Source: Dicyema japonicum (lineage: Eukaryota > Animalia > Dicyemida). From it: a stretch of 64,000 nucleotides of DNA. The notes under the pieces were generated by a model. It had not been told where the DNA came from. It did no database searches and worked only from the letters and a program-made list of their open reading frames with translations. Position numbers and translations under genes: made by a program. The stretch covers positions 130,504 to 194,503 of the forward strand of contig RDEW01000042.1 of the NCBI GenBank assembly GCA_011109175.1. The letters are read 5' to 3'. Positions 25,871 to 40,127 of this stretch are shown one piece after another. The first letter of the stretch is position 1, and each line of letters starts with the position of its first letter.

Positions 25871-27014
25871 ATTATTTAACCAAATAATAAAATGATATCT
25901 ATTATTTATTATTAAAATTTATATTTATATTTTTTTATTTCAAATAAAATCAATATTTGATTATTCTCATTTGCATAATTTGATTGTTGTTAAGTTGAAT
26001 TCTATTTTTAGTTCATTTGATGTCCAAATAATTTCAAATATTCAAATGTAGAGTACCAGCTGATGGAATATATCATCCTTACAGATTATTACCTGGTGGG
26101 TCCTGATAGTAATGACGGGAGAGAATTGGATATTCAATAATAATGTGGGCGAGGATTTACGCCAAATGACTCTCAGTTATAAGGAAGAATGGCTTGTCAT
26201 ATATTTCGATTGAATTTACGAAATTCTGATCCGTAACTTGGGGGTAGATGTTACATAATTGTGAAGAAGAAATCCCTTTCCTATAGAGAGGGATTTTGGT
26301 CATTTCTTTTCTGTAATAGACTATTTGGTGATGAATACTGAATTCAGGATGGACTGTCACATCAATGCTTTATTCACAAAATTAGATTATTTGACCTAAC
26401 CATGCAAATCAGAATTTTCGTATATTCCAGAAATATATAATTTAATCCAATCAACAGGAAAGTTAAATGGATTCAATTCTGCATGAAATTATTATTTAAT
26501 ACACCAGCTATCCTCCTACAAGTGTCCACTGTGTAATAATAGTCATTTACTACACTTTTGATTTACTACCATATTCCATCATATTTGTACTCGCATCGGA
26601 ATATTAAAAATTGTCAGGACATTCACTTAAACTAATTTATTTTAATAAAAAAAGAATTATCTTTAATTATGAAATTGGGCTTAATATGACGTATTCTAAC
26701 ATAACTTTAATCAAACATGCCTAGTTAGTTAGCAAACATGCCAGCAACGTCATTTCCCTACGAAAACTAAATTATGTAAAAATACTTCTTGGATACTACA
26801 AAGGCTGTTCATACTCAACATTAAGCGACAATTAATTACTGCTTGGGCATGGGGCACAAACCTATCCTGTGCGAACCTAAAAAAATCAATTCTTTCAAGA
26901 AACAGTCACGAGGGCCTACAAAACTAATTCCATCGTTCAAGAACTTATGAAGAGAAGTGTATCCCAATTGAAATCTCCAAAATTTAGAAAAGTGTCTCAT
27001 TCATACAGAAGATG

Positions 27015-28680
27015 CAAGACTACGGTAAAACCAAACTAATTGTCACGTGATCCCGATGCATTCCAGCAGGTACCTCATCTTTGCCCGGTGTTCTTCCTTC
27101 GTGACAGCGCATGAACGTACAGGACAGCTGCCTGAATTTTCAGGGTCACATTCGCGTGATCTGGAATTTAGTCTCATAAGGGCCTCCAGAGGGTCCGGTT
27201 TGGTGATCTTCACAAATCCAACGCTCCGTTACTCTGTAAGCCCTCTTTGCATTTCCTCAATTTTCCTCATATTTGTCCAAGATATTGACGGTCCCCACGA
27301 GGCGCATGCATATGAGAAATATGGCTCGATGTACTGTTTGTACACGTTAATCAAGACTGGGTGAGTACCAGTCTTCCATATTCCCGATAAATTTTTCAAT
27401 ACGTTCAGTTTCTTGTCGCATTTAAATAGAATGTTTTCTACGTGTGGTTTCAAACAGAGATGCATATCTATTGTCATACCCAAGATCCTTTGACATCTGA
27501 TGAAAGAGATGCCGACCTTGTTTAACTTAGGTGACTGTCTTCTTTCCCAATTTTTTGTCAGAGGTGAATAGTGACATAGACGACTTCTCTGCTTTCACCA
27601 CGAGCCGGTTTTCCATTTCCAGGCATTAAGTCTGTCCAGGTTAATTTGTATTCTTTCTGTGGCCTTCTGGATGTCCTGATCTCGCAAAGCCAACACAACA
27701 TCATCCGCATAGGAAAGTAGAACATAATTATCAGATTCAAGAGTCGGGAGATCGGCCAGAAAAATGTTAAACAGAGCAGGCGATAAAGGTTATCCTTGAG
27801 GGACATCGTTGGGGAAAAGACGTGAGATTGATTTCAGACCTCCGAGCATACACGTCCCCTTCGTCCACTTAGGGATGGGTTATCCAAAGCTTTAGCTTCC
27901 CTGGGATCTCCGATTGAAATATTTTTCTCGATAGAATCTTCTCGAGACTGAGTCAAAAGCTTTGTGATGTCAATCGAACAGAGCACTGTTTTAAAGTGTC
28001 TCGGCTTGGTTGTGAATCGACAAGAATGAAGTTCGTCAATGTTTGTAAGTATGTAGGTGTGGATCTCTCATTCACAAATCCATGTTAAAAAACCTCTCTG
28101 GCAAAAAAAATTCTTTTATTCTCCCGAGCACAAACCTCTCCAAGATTTTTGACATGGAACATAGCAGTGACACCGGTCTAAAAGACGCTGGGTCATTTTC
28201 AGTCTTCCTAGTTTCAGTATTGGCCGTATTAGTGCCTGTTTCCATAATAATGGTATCACATTCTGGTAAATCGATTAGTTGAAAACCGACGTTAAAAAAG
28301 TGACTCCCCCGTCTCCAAGATTTTTTAAGAAAATAACAGAATTGTTGTCTGGTCCTTGGGAGTATGTCGTTTTTACAGAATGTATTGTATCCCTCACCTC
28401 TCTCCGAAAAGAAGAGTGGTTCTGATAATCTCTTTAGTTACCTGCGTGATGGTAGTGCATCAGACTTCATGTGCTCCTTGTGTGAAATTTTAGTATAGAA
28501 TTTTATCAAGTTGTTCACATCTCGTTGAACATGTTGAACTTCATCACATTTTGCCACGATTCGAATAGCTTTCCACAACTCTCCCGTAGTGCGATTTCTA
28601 TTTACCATTGTAAGCACACGATTCCACTTCAACCTCTGGGCCTTGAGTTCTTTGGCCTTTATTTCATTATTCAATGTTCT
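27015..28680 (-). mobile_element. Degenerate Jockey/I-group LINE (paralog of 2690-4040) with 3' stem-loop
   Basis: DPASFRPVSLLCSMSKIL, YADDVVLALRD, YKQYIEPYFSYAC; tail GGGATCACGTG...CCGTAGTCTTG. Confidence 0.85.
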
Positions 28681-28688
28681 GATCTAAA

Positions 28689-28900
28689 AAAGTTTGACGA
28701 GTGACGCCGTCATCAGTGGATACTCACTGCGGAACTGGATTGTCTAGAAAGGACCCACACACAAGAAAAAGAAAAAAAAGAAGTGAAGATCATTCCTTGG
28801 TTCTACGATTAGTTAAAATTAACTGATCTTTACTTAAATAAAAGTGTGAGTCCTGCCTATGCGGAGATATAAATATTATGGCTCTCGTGAAAAGGCAAAA
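28689..28900 (+). mobile_element. 5'-truncated copy of tRNA-derived SINE family 1
   Basis: Near-identical to the reverse complement of 58555-58760. Confidence 0.85.
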
Positions 28901-29740
28901 AATGTTCTGATCCTAAGTTTCATATCCAAAGTTATCCGGTTAAATTTTTTGAGCTGATTTCTTTCTTCAATCAAGGACGTCTTCCCTCGACCACTCGACG
29001 AATTTAAGTAATGTTTTGGTATAGCCCTGATCTTGTTTCCAAGATTGTGTGGGTATTCAATATCGTTAGGGAGTCCGTTTGCGATAACAATAGTTTCCCT
29101 TTCATGTCAGCTAGTTGAGTTGACAGCCATAAGGGATGCTTCGCATTCAAATCCCCGCAGATGATGATCTCATCGAAGGAAATTGAAATTTATATCCAGA
29201 GACCACAGTTAAAGACAAAACAAGAAATTATGTGAATACTCAATAGCGCTCATAACTTGTCCCGGTGATCTTCCCTCGATCCAACACAAGCACGCAGTGG
29301 ACGAGTGATCCTCTGGCATCGTTTAGTTTGACCTCCTTTTTTCTTATTAGGTCTTCCAATAGGGTAGGTGTAGAATTTAGATCGCCTTATATCCAGTTTT
29401 TTATCACGGAAAACGCTTTTTTTTGGTTGCCGCAATTCTCTGGCATTCGTTCAAGATATTGAGAAGCCCCGTGATGCACATGCGTATGATATGCATGGCT
29501 CGACGTGCTGGCTGTATAGTGATTTCAGAACAGGATGATTTCTAATTTTCTATAAACCAGAGATCCGCTTCAAGAGGTTGATTTTCTTTTCACATTTGTT
29601 TAAAACATTTCCTACGTGGAATGAGAAAGTCATATGGGTGTCGAATACTACTCCTAGGATCTTCTGCCATTTTTGGAATGGCAACTTACTTCCATCTGCT
29701 TCTGGTGAATTCTTGGTTTAAGTGAAAGGTATGGTTAAAA
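28900..29740 (-). mobile_element. LINE 3' fragment of the same Jockey-like family
   Basis: Homologous to 27050-27560 (RPLRACVGSREDH versus VRSCAVTKEEH). Confidence 0.65.
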
Positions 29741-30049
29741 TCATTGTCATTGTTATCATAGCTTCGACACTGATCATTTTAATTATAATGTAGTTAATTA
29801 TTATTAAAATTTAGAATTAAAATAAAATATCCAGTAAAATTAAAGAAATTTCCCCACAATATCAGAATTCTAATCTTAACGAGTAAGAAAAATTTGATTG
29901 ACATATTTTTTACAGTAAAAAATAAAATATGTTAAACTCACAAATTGATTATTTTGAAAGCGAAAAATTATTTGAAACGTATTACTGTTAGAATTAAATA
30001 CATATAATTAAACTAAAAGATGCATAGGATTTATTTGGGGTCTGACTGT

Positions 30050-31450
30050 GGCCAGACGTCCTAGGTTCTTTGGGAGAGACAAAGACCTTCTGCTTACTGT
30101 CAGAGTGGTTTCTACAGCAATTGCACCAAACATGAACCGGTAAGGAGACGTTTTTATGTCTTCTCTATAGCCTCTGTTTTTTCTTGATGATAGTGTTTTT
30201 TGGTCATATTGATGCTAGAAGATAGAGTCGATATAGATGATATAACTATCTCTCGTCCTTGTCTTTTTTCTCGTGAGCATTGATAAGTTGACGACTCTGA
30301 AAAACAGGTAACATTCTTTGAACGAGGTGGACTGTAAAGCTAGCCTATAATATAAACTAGTAAATTATTGTGTGTGCTAATGAGTCCGGAATATGATTTT
30401 AGAATAATAATGCTTGGTGACCTTTTCATCATTTTGCAGATTCGACTAATTGGTCGGACCTCTGAGCCAAGGATTCCATACGTTCAACAGGGAAAGGGAC
30501 AAAAATGATTTTCGATCTCATTATTTAGGCATAAATCATCTTCTTGGTATTAAAGAAATGATAGGAACCACAAAGAAAGGGATCGAAATCAACACTTAAA
30601 TGAAATCTAAATGACATTTTGAGTATCAAATCAGAAAAAAATGATTCCTTCATGATTCCAAAATGTGGTGACAATAATCGATTATAAATTATCTTAATAG
30701 ACTAAAATTCTGCTATTCAGACCTTAATAGATTCTGAGAGAAGTTTTTTTTTAAATCGAAACGTAAATGCATATGTATGTCTAACTAGTAGGTCTCCAAA
30801 TCAACGAATTTTCGATTAAAGCAGACGGAGGAATTAAACAGGAAGCAAATACAGGTTTTTGAAAACACCACGATACTAAATAATAATTCATTACTCATAT
30901 TTACCCTAAAGTTTGATCTTCCGTAATGTGAGCCTTGAAAAGAACCATCGACGACCGATTAGACAGCTTTATCCACACTGATGAATGTTTATCATTTTTA
31001 AATGTTACATTCATAGAGATCACTTCCGCAGCCATCTTTTTTCAATAGATTGATTTCTTTATTTCTCTCCGTAAGGTTTTTGCTGGACTCTCTCATCATC
31101 ATGTAATTCCACAGATCAAAATAGTCTTTTCTTCTTACTCTATTAAAACTAGATGGGTACAAAAAGATGGTGTCAGGGGTCTTACGAATAAGCCTTGTGA
31201 ATAAATTACTTTAAAAAATCAACAAAAGTGGACTGTTTGATGCATGGGTTGAAATCAGAAAAACAATTGATTATTTGGATTATAATTTTCAATGGAAGTT
31301 TTTGAGATATCAAGAATTTATGAATGGATTGTTATTGGAAGATCTTTAATGTACATGGAAGTGAGACTTAAATTAAATAATGATGTTCGTGATATTAGCA
31401 TTTAAAGGGGCATCCGAGAGGGCCTTCTTTCACCAACGGTTTTTTAGTTC
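30050..31450 (+). mobile_element. Highly decayed LINE (endonuclease/RT remnants)
   Basis: Traces MLGDL and GIREGLLSPT (GVPQG-like); no long ORF. Confidence 0.35.
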
Positions 31451-32594
31451 TCGATCCACTCAGCAGATTCCTTTTCAAAAAAATACCCAAAGTTTTAATT
31501 TTACGTCCATCAACGTTACGTTCAGCCAGAAGACCATTAATGTTTAAAACTGGATTGTCTACTGGAACTCACACACAAGGAAATAGAAAAGGTCGTTCTA
31601 AATGACTCGAGATAGTCGATTTCTGATTATTGTAGATTCGCCTCGTTAAAATTACCTATTAGAAAATACTTCAGACCTTCTGTTTTCCTGATTTGGCAGC
31701 CTAGTGCTCATAATTAATTTTTTCAACTTTGTGATGAGAAAAACTTGGATGACGCAAACCTTCTCTCATTATACGATTCTAAGGAAAAGGGTATTTTATG
31801 GGATATGCATTTGTTAAAGTAAACATGTAGGATTTAGAGGGATATATTATTGAGCTGATCCCTTCGCTTACTCAAGTACAGTTAGTGATATATTGTAGCT
31901 TATTGAAATGCATTATCAATTTATCCTAATTATCTCTATAATGTCTCGTAAGTTTTTTACTGGATTATAACAAGACCTGATTTAATACAACTGAAGGATA
32001 TCATTGCCTTGAGATTTCTTGATGATTTCTTCGAACTATTGGAGGAAAACTAGTTCTTCAAGCGATATAAATTGGTTTTCTGAAAAAAAACGTTATGAAA
32101 GTCCACAAGCAATTCCTTGAATTGGATAAGATAATAATTGAATGCTCAGCATTACAGAGTTTTCTAAGTGGGGGTTGTAACTAATTAATATCATCAATGG
32201 GGGATCGCTTACGAAGAGCTTCATTAAACGTTTCTTCGAAGCTTCAGTGACCAACGATGGAGAAATTGTAGTGATAGTCAATTTTACCAGCAGGATTATA
32301 AACATATTTGGAGTTCATTTTGGAAAATCGTAACGAGGAAAGATCTCTGATATATTTATTCAGGATTTTTGACGAGAAAAATCGTGAATATTTCCCTGAC
32401 TACAATTGTTACTTTTTCTACAAAGTATAGTCCGATTTTAGTGTACTTTAGAAATTCAAAACCAGATGACTTCGAGAGGACATTACCCAATTCCAGTAGA
32501 ACATAATACTAATGAACTGCTAGTATGTCTCTTTTAGTTATCAAGCAGTGACTTCGTTTTCCGTTCTCATTGATTTTAATAAAATTTTACGCTT

Positions 32595-32760
32595 CGAGAA
32601 ACGGGAGATACTTGCCCTTTAAAATAAAGATGGTTTTAAAGATTAATGTTTATTTGATTGAACAGGCAACTTAGTCGCTAGGTTGTCATTCCTAAAACGA
32701 TGTTCTTTAGGTTCGATTCTCCCGCTGACTATGTGGTCTTGGGGGTAGTTAATGATAATT
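32595..32760 (+). mobile_element. Second tRNA-like dispersed repeat (SINE family 2), copy 1
   Basis: About 130 bp shared with 42390-42525 (-); A-box-like AACTTAGTCGCTAGG and B-box GGTTCGATTC; followed here by the LINE-like tail GTGGTCTTGGGGG. Confidence 0.55.
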
Positions 32761-33949
32761 TTATTATTAAGTTTGTTTCGTTCTCAATGATCGTTTAGTA
32801 TGTCATCAATTTTTTAACCAGGTACCGTGGTTGTTAGACATTTAACAGTGGTCTTTTGGCTTAGTTACTCGGTCGTAAAATTATCGACTTATCTCTGTCT
32901 TTATCTTCCTCTTTCATTAACGTGGTGTTATGTGATCAACCTATCTCAAGACATTATAAGGATCATTTGCACTCCTCCAATCCACTAGGTCATTCTTTTG
33001 AAAGGTTCACACAGCTGTGACATGGATTTTCTTTTCGATGACATGTCTTTCAGTGACTAACACCATTGGAACTGTGTACTAATTAGTTGTCAGATAGGTG
33101 ATCTTCCAGTTCTTTAGATTTTGAGTGGACGAGACATTAACCAGGATCTTACCTGCATCCGAAACTTTCTTTTCAGAACTTCGGGTTTCCAATGTCTCAT
33201 GATATTGTCGTAGTTTCTATGCTCACGAGGACAAAAGGTATCATAAAGGGGTAAGTAGAGAGATCAGTGACAGCCATGGTCATGGTGGATATATCCGCTT
33301 CCACCTAACTTCCTTCAAAGCGATTTGAATGCAATAGTGTTAAAACGTCGTAGAGATGAAAATTTCACTGGAACCGTCATTAATACTTCATCGCTACGGA
33401 ATCGGATGGTCTTTGAAGTCAATAAAATTCTCAATGATTTGGAATATTAATTTTTCATTCTTTTAATAAAGTGTGAGTACTGCCTTAGCTGAGTTTTAAG
33501 TATTGGAAACATCACTTTCTCCAAGTTAAGACATACTATGAATTTTTCAAGACTAGTAGAACCATTGATTTGGTGATAACTGAGAACTCCAAAAAATTGT
33601 GAGTTATAGATACTTTACTACGCTACTTCAATTAGTAGATACTCTCACCCAGCAATGGTGGGGTCATTTAACAGCATTGACCAATAGATGACAATACGAA
33701 ACTCAATGCATTGCTGACAATAAAAAGACTTCTTATCTACATTTCATTGGCTCTCTGGCAACAAGTTCTGCCATCGTCCTCTCCATTCCGGACCATCGAC
33801 TCTAGATCACTTTGCTCGAGTCAACGAATTAGTCAGTTTTTACTTTTAGTATTTAGAAAAATATAATTTAATTTATTACTAATATTTTTAATAAAGTGAT
33901 CGCTAAATATGAATTAACTTTACTGCCGATTAATATAATTCTAAATTAT

Positions 33950-34443
33950 AAAAATAACAACATTGTAATGTGTTTGCAACATTTCAGCACAATAATGGAT
34001 TTCTTTCATATTGGATTGTAAACAGATATTCTCAATTTTCACAACAATGTTATGAGAAATAAACATGTCCATATATTCATGTCCTATTATAAATATAAGG
34101 AATAACGATATAACATTGCAATGTTAGCGCATTCCCACACAGCCCAGAGCCAAATTCGTTCATCTGTGATCGCATCCAATAAATTTATCGTTGGCTTCAT
34201 TGACCTTAATATAGAAAATTAAAAATAACACGTATCGAAATTAAAGCTGTAACGAAAAAAATGACTTTTAATAAAGTGAACTATTTTATCTAGAATGGCT
34301 TCACATGGATTCAAATCGCTAAAATCAGAATTCATAAAAATAGGGAAAATATCATTTGGATGAATTAACATCTGGCAGATACAACTTAAAATAGAATAGC
34401 CTACAAAAATAGTATAGTCGGCGTAGTCCATGTTTCTTTTCAA
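33950..34443 (-). other. Candidate divergent host gene fragment with tiny introns (ARM-repeat-like)
   Basis: Removing short GT-AG segments joins frames to give ...IWLWAVWECANIAM..GHEYMDMFISHNIVVKIE, reminiscent of the ARM A-V-W-A-L-G-N-I-A motif. Confidence 0.25.
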
Positions 34444-35399
34444 TAAAACAAAAATTTTACAATATAAAATTCATTAGACCATAGGCCGATATTAAATATC
34501 TGGTGTTTGAGCCTATAGCCATATTTTCGACAATTTTAATTACGGGAACTAATATATATGGAATCATTGAGATATAAAATATCTTTCGAAAAATAATAAA
34601 TATAATGAATTCCACTATAATCGAGAAACAAATTCATATTCTTTTCATTTTCTCTAAAAATATATTTTTAATACCTATAAGAAAACTCAACAAAAAATTT
34701 GCCAGTAAGACTTTGGTCTCCTGTTTTAAGATGTTCAACACAAGACTAAAATTATATTTTCATATGAACTTCGACTAGTCTTTCAGAATAAGCAATATAG
34801 GCTAGAATGTCTGTACTCATATTTTTTACGATTAATTTAAGGTCATGTGAATTAAATTTATACCAGCAATGAAGATTTTTCAATATAATTGAGAGAGCGG
34901 GTAACTAAAATAAGAATTAACTAACAAAAGATATCTTCCGGGGTTTAAACTGGAGTAATTCTCAGTATAAGCCTATAAATTAGATATCATAAACATTTAA
35001 TATTGTCACTGGATATAATCTCAAGAAAAATATCTAAAATAAAGCTACGGATGATTTTTAATACCAACTAGTACATGTGAAATAGAATTTTGTGTGTGAC
35101 TGTGATGATATATAATATTTTGAAAAATCTATTATCATATATGTGCCGACAAATCAACTAAATTTATATTTTAAAATACTTTCAAAAATGGTATTACTAA
35201 TTTATTTCCAATTTCCAACAAACGATAATCTTTCCAATAGCACAGGACAAAAGTTTGATTTTATTATGGAAGTGTTGAGTAGACGAGACTAGGTTATTTA
35301 AAATTGATTTTGGATTAATCTATGTTCATCCATAAAATACAGAATGGCTTATATTTTTACTGAAATGTAAAACTTTATATGGTGAAATTTTATAAATCC

Positions 35400-36100
35400 T
35401 TTTTTTCTTATTCGTCTAGACTTATAAAAATCAAAACTTTGATAACTTTTTTAATACTTTTCCTTTAATAAAATATCCAGATTAAATTCACGCAAGTAGA
35501 TTCTTGGCTTTTTTGAAAAGAGAAAGAAATTAAAGTCATATCCTTTTAATTTCCATCACTTGTATGAATGAAATATCTAAATTTATTAAATCAACCTTAA
35601 AGACTCTGGATTGTTAAAGCTTTCAGTAAATTCTTCAAAATCAGTAATTAAGACGTTGTGAAAATTTATGCGTTCCAGTTTTTCAATTATTTTTAGTGTA
35701 CTTGTATAAATAGTCGTACCGCTATCAGTCCAAGGAGGTTGAGAATCTTTAGTTTTCTAAATCCAGTCATAAATAGCTGATGTAGCAAATCTGGGTCATC
35801 ATACTCCAATAGTGAATGATTTGATCTCATTCGGAGAAAATGGAAGAAAAAGATTCTTTTCTGATGACACAATCCTTCTTATTGTAATATTTGATAAATT
35901 TGGATAAACTTGAATCATCTTAACAACGTCCTAACTTCAACATCTTCACGAGTCAATTCAAGGCAAAAAATGTCCTTCTGTACTCTTTCTGGAATCCTAT
36001 AAAAACTTGAAAATTGAAAAGATAGATCTTTCTCATGACGTGAATTCAAATATTTAAGTTCATTAAGGTTTCTATTGGAATACATTTTTTTAGACTTTTT
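35400..36100 (-). pseudogene. Frameshifted protein-like sequence, possibly LRR-like
   Basis: Alternating stop-free frames NLNELKYL..., MIQVYPNLSNITIRR..., FRKLKILNLLGL..., LKIIEKLERINFHNV; joining them needs both -1 and +1 shifts. Confidence 0.25.
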
Positions 36101-37629
36101 GTTTAATTTTATATATTTTTGTCCATTAAAGTGTCTTCGAATATTATTAATGCATATAATGAAGGTGTATCCATTTAATAATTTGAATATATTTTAATGA
36201 CCTTAATATAAATTTATTTTATATTTGAATTTCATAAATTTTTATTATTTTTTTAATAAATTAAATAATACATTTTCAGAATTTAGCAAAGAAAGCATCC
36301 ATGAAAAAATAAAACAGCTCGAACATCAGAACTAGTGGATGTAATGTCTTTTACAACTACATTCTCGAAATTCGAATTAATTCATGACCACTTCTTGAAA
36401 AGGTAACAAGTAAATACACGGAATGTATCCGATGAGTGATTTACATGGAATTACGAAGCTTATGTAGAAGAAAGACGTGTGCCTCAATATCCTAAGTGAA
36501 AGATTTTCATTCGTATGAATAGCTTTCATCCCGTTTTTGTGTTCAATCAGCATGCTTTCGAGAGTACTTTTCAATACAACGGACTGGTTGTAAGTACTCT
36601 TTGCTTCTTCAACAGATGTTTGTTACATATACATTTTTTAGATAAATCTATAAAAGTTCAGGCTGGTGGTTATTTGAGCTAATCTCGCTCGCCATCCTGA
36701 GAGGAAATAGCCTATTAATTAGAACAGCAATTTTAGAGAACACAAGCATAAGTTCGGACGACAACGATTTACAAGATAATGGTTCTAAAATGAATATTTG
36801 ATCATTTTAGTTAAAATTAAAATATTTAATTAAAAATCTCATCAATTAAATATAATTTTATTTATATTTTTTCAAATTTTTTATCGAAAAAAATCGACCA
36901 AAATCTAAATATAAAATGAAGAACAATTACCCAAGAATATCCGTTATTCAATCAGGAATATCTTCTCAGATCCGTCAGATCATCTATCACGCAGATATTC
37001 AGCAATGGTTGCCGTAATTGGAGGCCTCGTCTCAGATAGCCTTTAGGTCTGACATAAGACACATTTCTTCACATCATTTGGAAATTCGTCACGGTTAAAT
37101 TGTAGATCTTTTAGATAACTGAATGAACGATCAAATGAGCAAAATTATGTTCACTTTACTGATTAATAGACAAAAATACTATAGTTGTTTCAGTTCTATC
37201 AATAGCAATGGGGCAAGTGTCCAAATACGCTGTTTACACTATCTGGAAAGCATCAAGAAATCCATTTTTAGATATTCGATATCTAGCGCAACTTATTTAT
37301 GTTCAACATGAACCTTAAAACCATTTGCAGAAATAATTTTTTTAATTTTAAATATTAATAAAGTTTTTTGTTAATTAAAAAATATAAATTATCATAAAAA
37401 TGGCACTCTATTCATTTGAGTGGACTTTATGATTTTAAAATAACGATTTTAACTAAAAATTACACCATTCAACTCAGAAAAATCTGAATTATCCAGGGTA
37501 CTAATTTTTATTCTGATTGGTTCTATTGAAGTTCCGAATACTGAGGGTGACAACCATAAATACTATGATAATGAAAATTCTGCATGTTCTGTATATACTG
37601 GATATACAGTGTTTACTTTGATTCGATTC

Positions 37630-37760
37630 CAATAGAGATTATAAGTGCAATCTCGTCCATGCTGGGGGATGCTCGAGAGCAGCGCTGGTTCCGCTAACTA
37701 CTTGGAATGGTGATTATCAGAAGGTATGCACATTGTTTTTCACCAGCTGGTTCCTTACCT
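37630..37760 (+). mobile_element. CRE extreme 3' fragment
   Basis: MLGDAREQRWFR.LLGMVI aligns with TGDLRERRWLFERISLAI. Confidence 0.5.
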
Positions 37761-39434
37761 TCTTCTTCGATGTCTTGTTTCCGGGGTACCTGGCATAGCT
37801 AACAGTTTTCAAAGAACTCGAAAATCCATTTAATACGCAACATACTAATCTGAGAATGTTAATGCAAGAGCTGTTCTTTTAATAAATATAATTAAGTTTC
37901 TCATTTTCTCGTGGAAATGAGCAAAAGACATTTCGAAAAAACGATGTCATAGTCGATCATCTTGAAATCCTAAGAACACAAGGAAGGTGTTATGGACAAT
38001 TAACAGTGATCCTCAACCAAACCACTGCCTGAACTACATCATTTATTTCTGAAGTATTCTTAAAAACTTTACTACATATCTTCAGAATCCTTGATGAGAT
38101 GTGGCTTTTGAAAGTTCTTAGATATACCACAATAAAAGTAAGGAAGTCTATGGAAGTATTCACTTTTGCCGTGATTTTCATAAACAAATTATTATGCAGA
38201 CTTTAGGCTTTATTTTGAAAAAGTTTTTTATATTGATCGAATCCGAATAATTTTTGACTACTTCTCAATTATTTTGAAGATGTACAGTGTGGAACACCAT
38301 ACAATGCCGCCATGGAAGAATTTTTCGACAATACTTAATCTTCTACATTCAGAGGACGTCTGAAAAGTTGTCTTCCCAAGACATTTTCGAAGGATTACGC
38401 AGTGATTGGGGGCCGACTGATGGATGCGGACGACCTGGACGAGATCAGGAGATGAGCACGACAATGAAAAGGATGGAGAAGACTAACGGAGAGGATAGTC
38501 GAAAAACATGGCACAAGCGAAACCATGAACAGTGTTTACTGGTAGCGCGGATTGGCTTTAACTAACTTTGTAGAATGTTATAACCCAGTCAATATATATT
38601 TCAACGATCTCAGCTCTTTAATAAGTTTGAGCCCGGAATCTTCAAAATCTATAGTCGTATATTTTTAGCCGTTCTTTAGAAAAAATCCAACGTGAGATTC
38701 AGCCACTTTGAGTCTTTGTTACTCATTTTTCTGCAAAACTCCTATTTGTAACATTTTCTAAAATCTATATTCAAATCCAGTATTTTGTTTTTTTAAAGTT
38801 CGAATGACACGTGTAAGTTGATTATTTTTTGTGCCCAGAGATAGCTCTTCAACTGTAAAGAGATTTTTCTTGAGTTGTTTTAAATCAACTTTAGTTCCCC
38901 AATTTCTTTGTCCTGGTAGTTATTGAAGATAACAAAATTTATGTCTCTCATTAGTGACCACGCATTTCGCAGTCTCTTGAGTCTCTGTAACTGTCTTTAT
39001 GGCCACGTAAAAAAAAAGAAAATGGCTTTCATCCATCATGAAGTGAAATTTTATACAATATGGTACCTTACCATTTTAACCTTTAATTAACCATTTGGCT
39101 AGCTGGTTCCATGTTCTATTATCAAAGGAAGTGGAGACTGCATGTGGATAAAATGATATTCAGTTTTTCTTTGTCTCATGGTGAATTAAGCTCATGTAAT
39201 CCAATTTTTCTGTATTTGTCATTTATGATTCGACTAATAAAGAAATATTAAATATAGAATTTTCAAAGGTTTCTCAGACATGTTGCCGTGAACAGCATAA
39301 TCTATAGTGGTTTAGGGGCCTATGGAATATTTTTTGGATAGAATAACATCTTAAAACTAATGAAATTAATTTAAAAACAAAACATTTTTATAGAAACCAT
39401 TTTTTAATTTAAAAAAATTAAATTATTCAACTTA

Positions 39435-40127
39435 TTCATGTCGGATATCGAATCTCAATCAGCGACTCAGTCCGCTCAACAAATACTTGACAAACTGGAA
39501 CTATGGCTCTCGAAGCGGAGAGTCGAGGCATCATCAACAAAGCCCTCTGTCACGCTGTTTACCACTTACAAAAGACAGCTTTGTGTCGATTTAAAATTCT
39601 TTACAAAAAACGAGGCTATTCCTATTAACAAAACACCGTAGATTCTGAGAGTCACCTTCGATCGAGGAGTCACCTTTATCCGACATGTTGAAAACATAGT
39701 AACTTCTGCTGTGGCTTTGCCACGATTTATGAACAATTTATCCGACCCACGATGGCATATGCAAGTCCTTCGTGGGCAATGCAGATTTCACGATCCTCCT
39801 GATTGAAACTATCCGCAACCGAGGAGACCGCAAAAAGGATAATTGCACCAGAACACAAAAATCCAGCCCATTGAAAATTTCCTAATCGAATTACAACGGA
39901 AACTCTTAAAGGAAGTTAGTTCACCAAGCTGCCCTCTATTCCATACACTATCAAAATATCTACAATCATACAGAAATTTTGAACCGATGCCATGTCCAAT
40001 GAAAAGAGCTGTTCAGTATCCTCGACCATAACAGACTCGTCCTTTCCCTTGTCTGTCTGGGATCACTTAGTTGAGAACCTTTTTTTTTCTCTTTGATCCA
40101 GTGATCCTGGAGGTAATAATAATAAAT
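39435..40127 (+). mobile_element. 5'-truncated LINE with stem-loop tail
   Basis: LDKLELWLSKRRVEASSTKPSVTLFTT; tail GGATCACT...AGTGATCCTGGAGG(TAA)3. Confidence 0.7.

Noticed and set aside
25969-25976. Octamer ATTTGCAT as an snRNA enhancer
   Set aside because: Single 8-mer in AT-rich DNA; no snRNA-like sequence recognised nearby.
26750-27420. Third fold-back pair of LINE ends
   Set aside because: The two facing fragments are similar only at the protein-motif level and appear to be different families; no DNA inverted repeat.
38550-39250. Tc1/mariner or polymerase-like remnant on the minus strand
   Set aside because: Fragments such as FMMDESHF are suggestive, but I could not assign a family.
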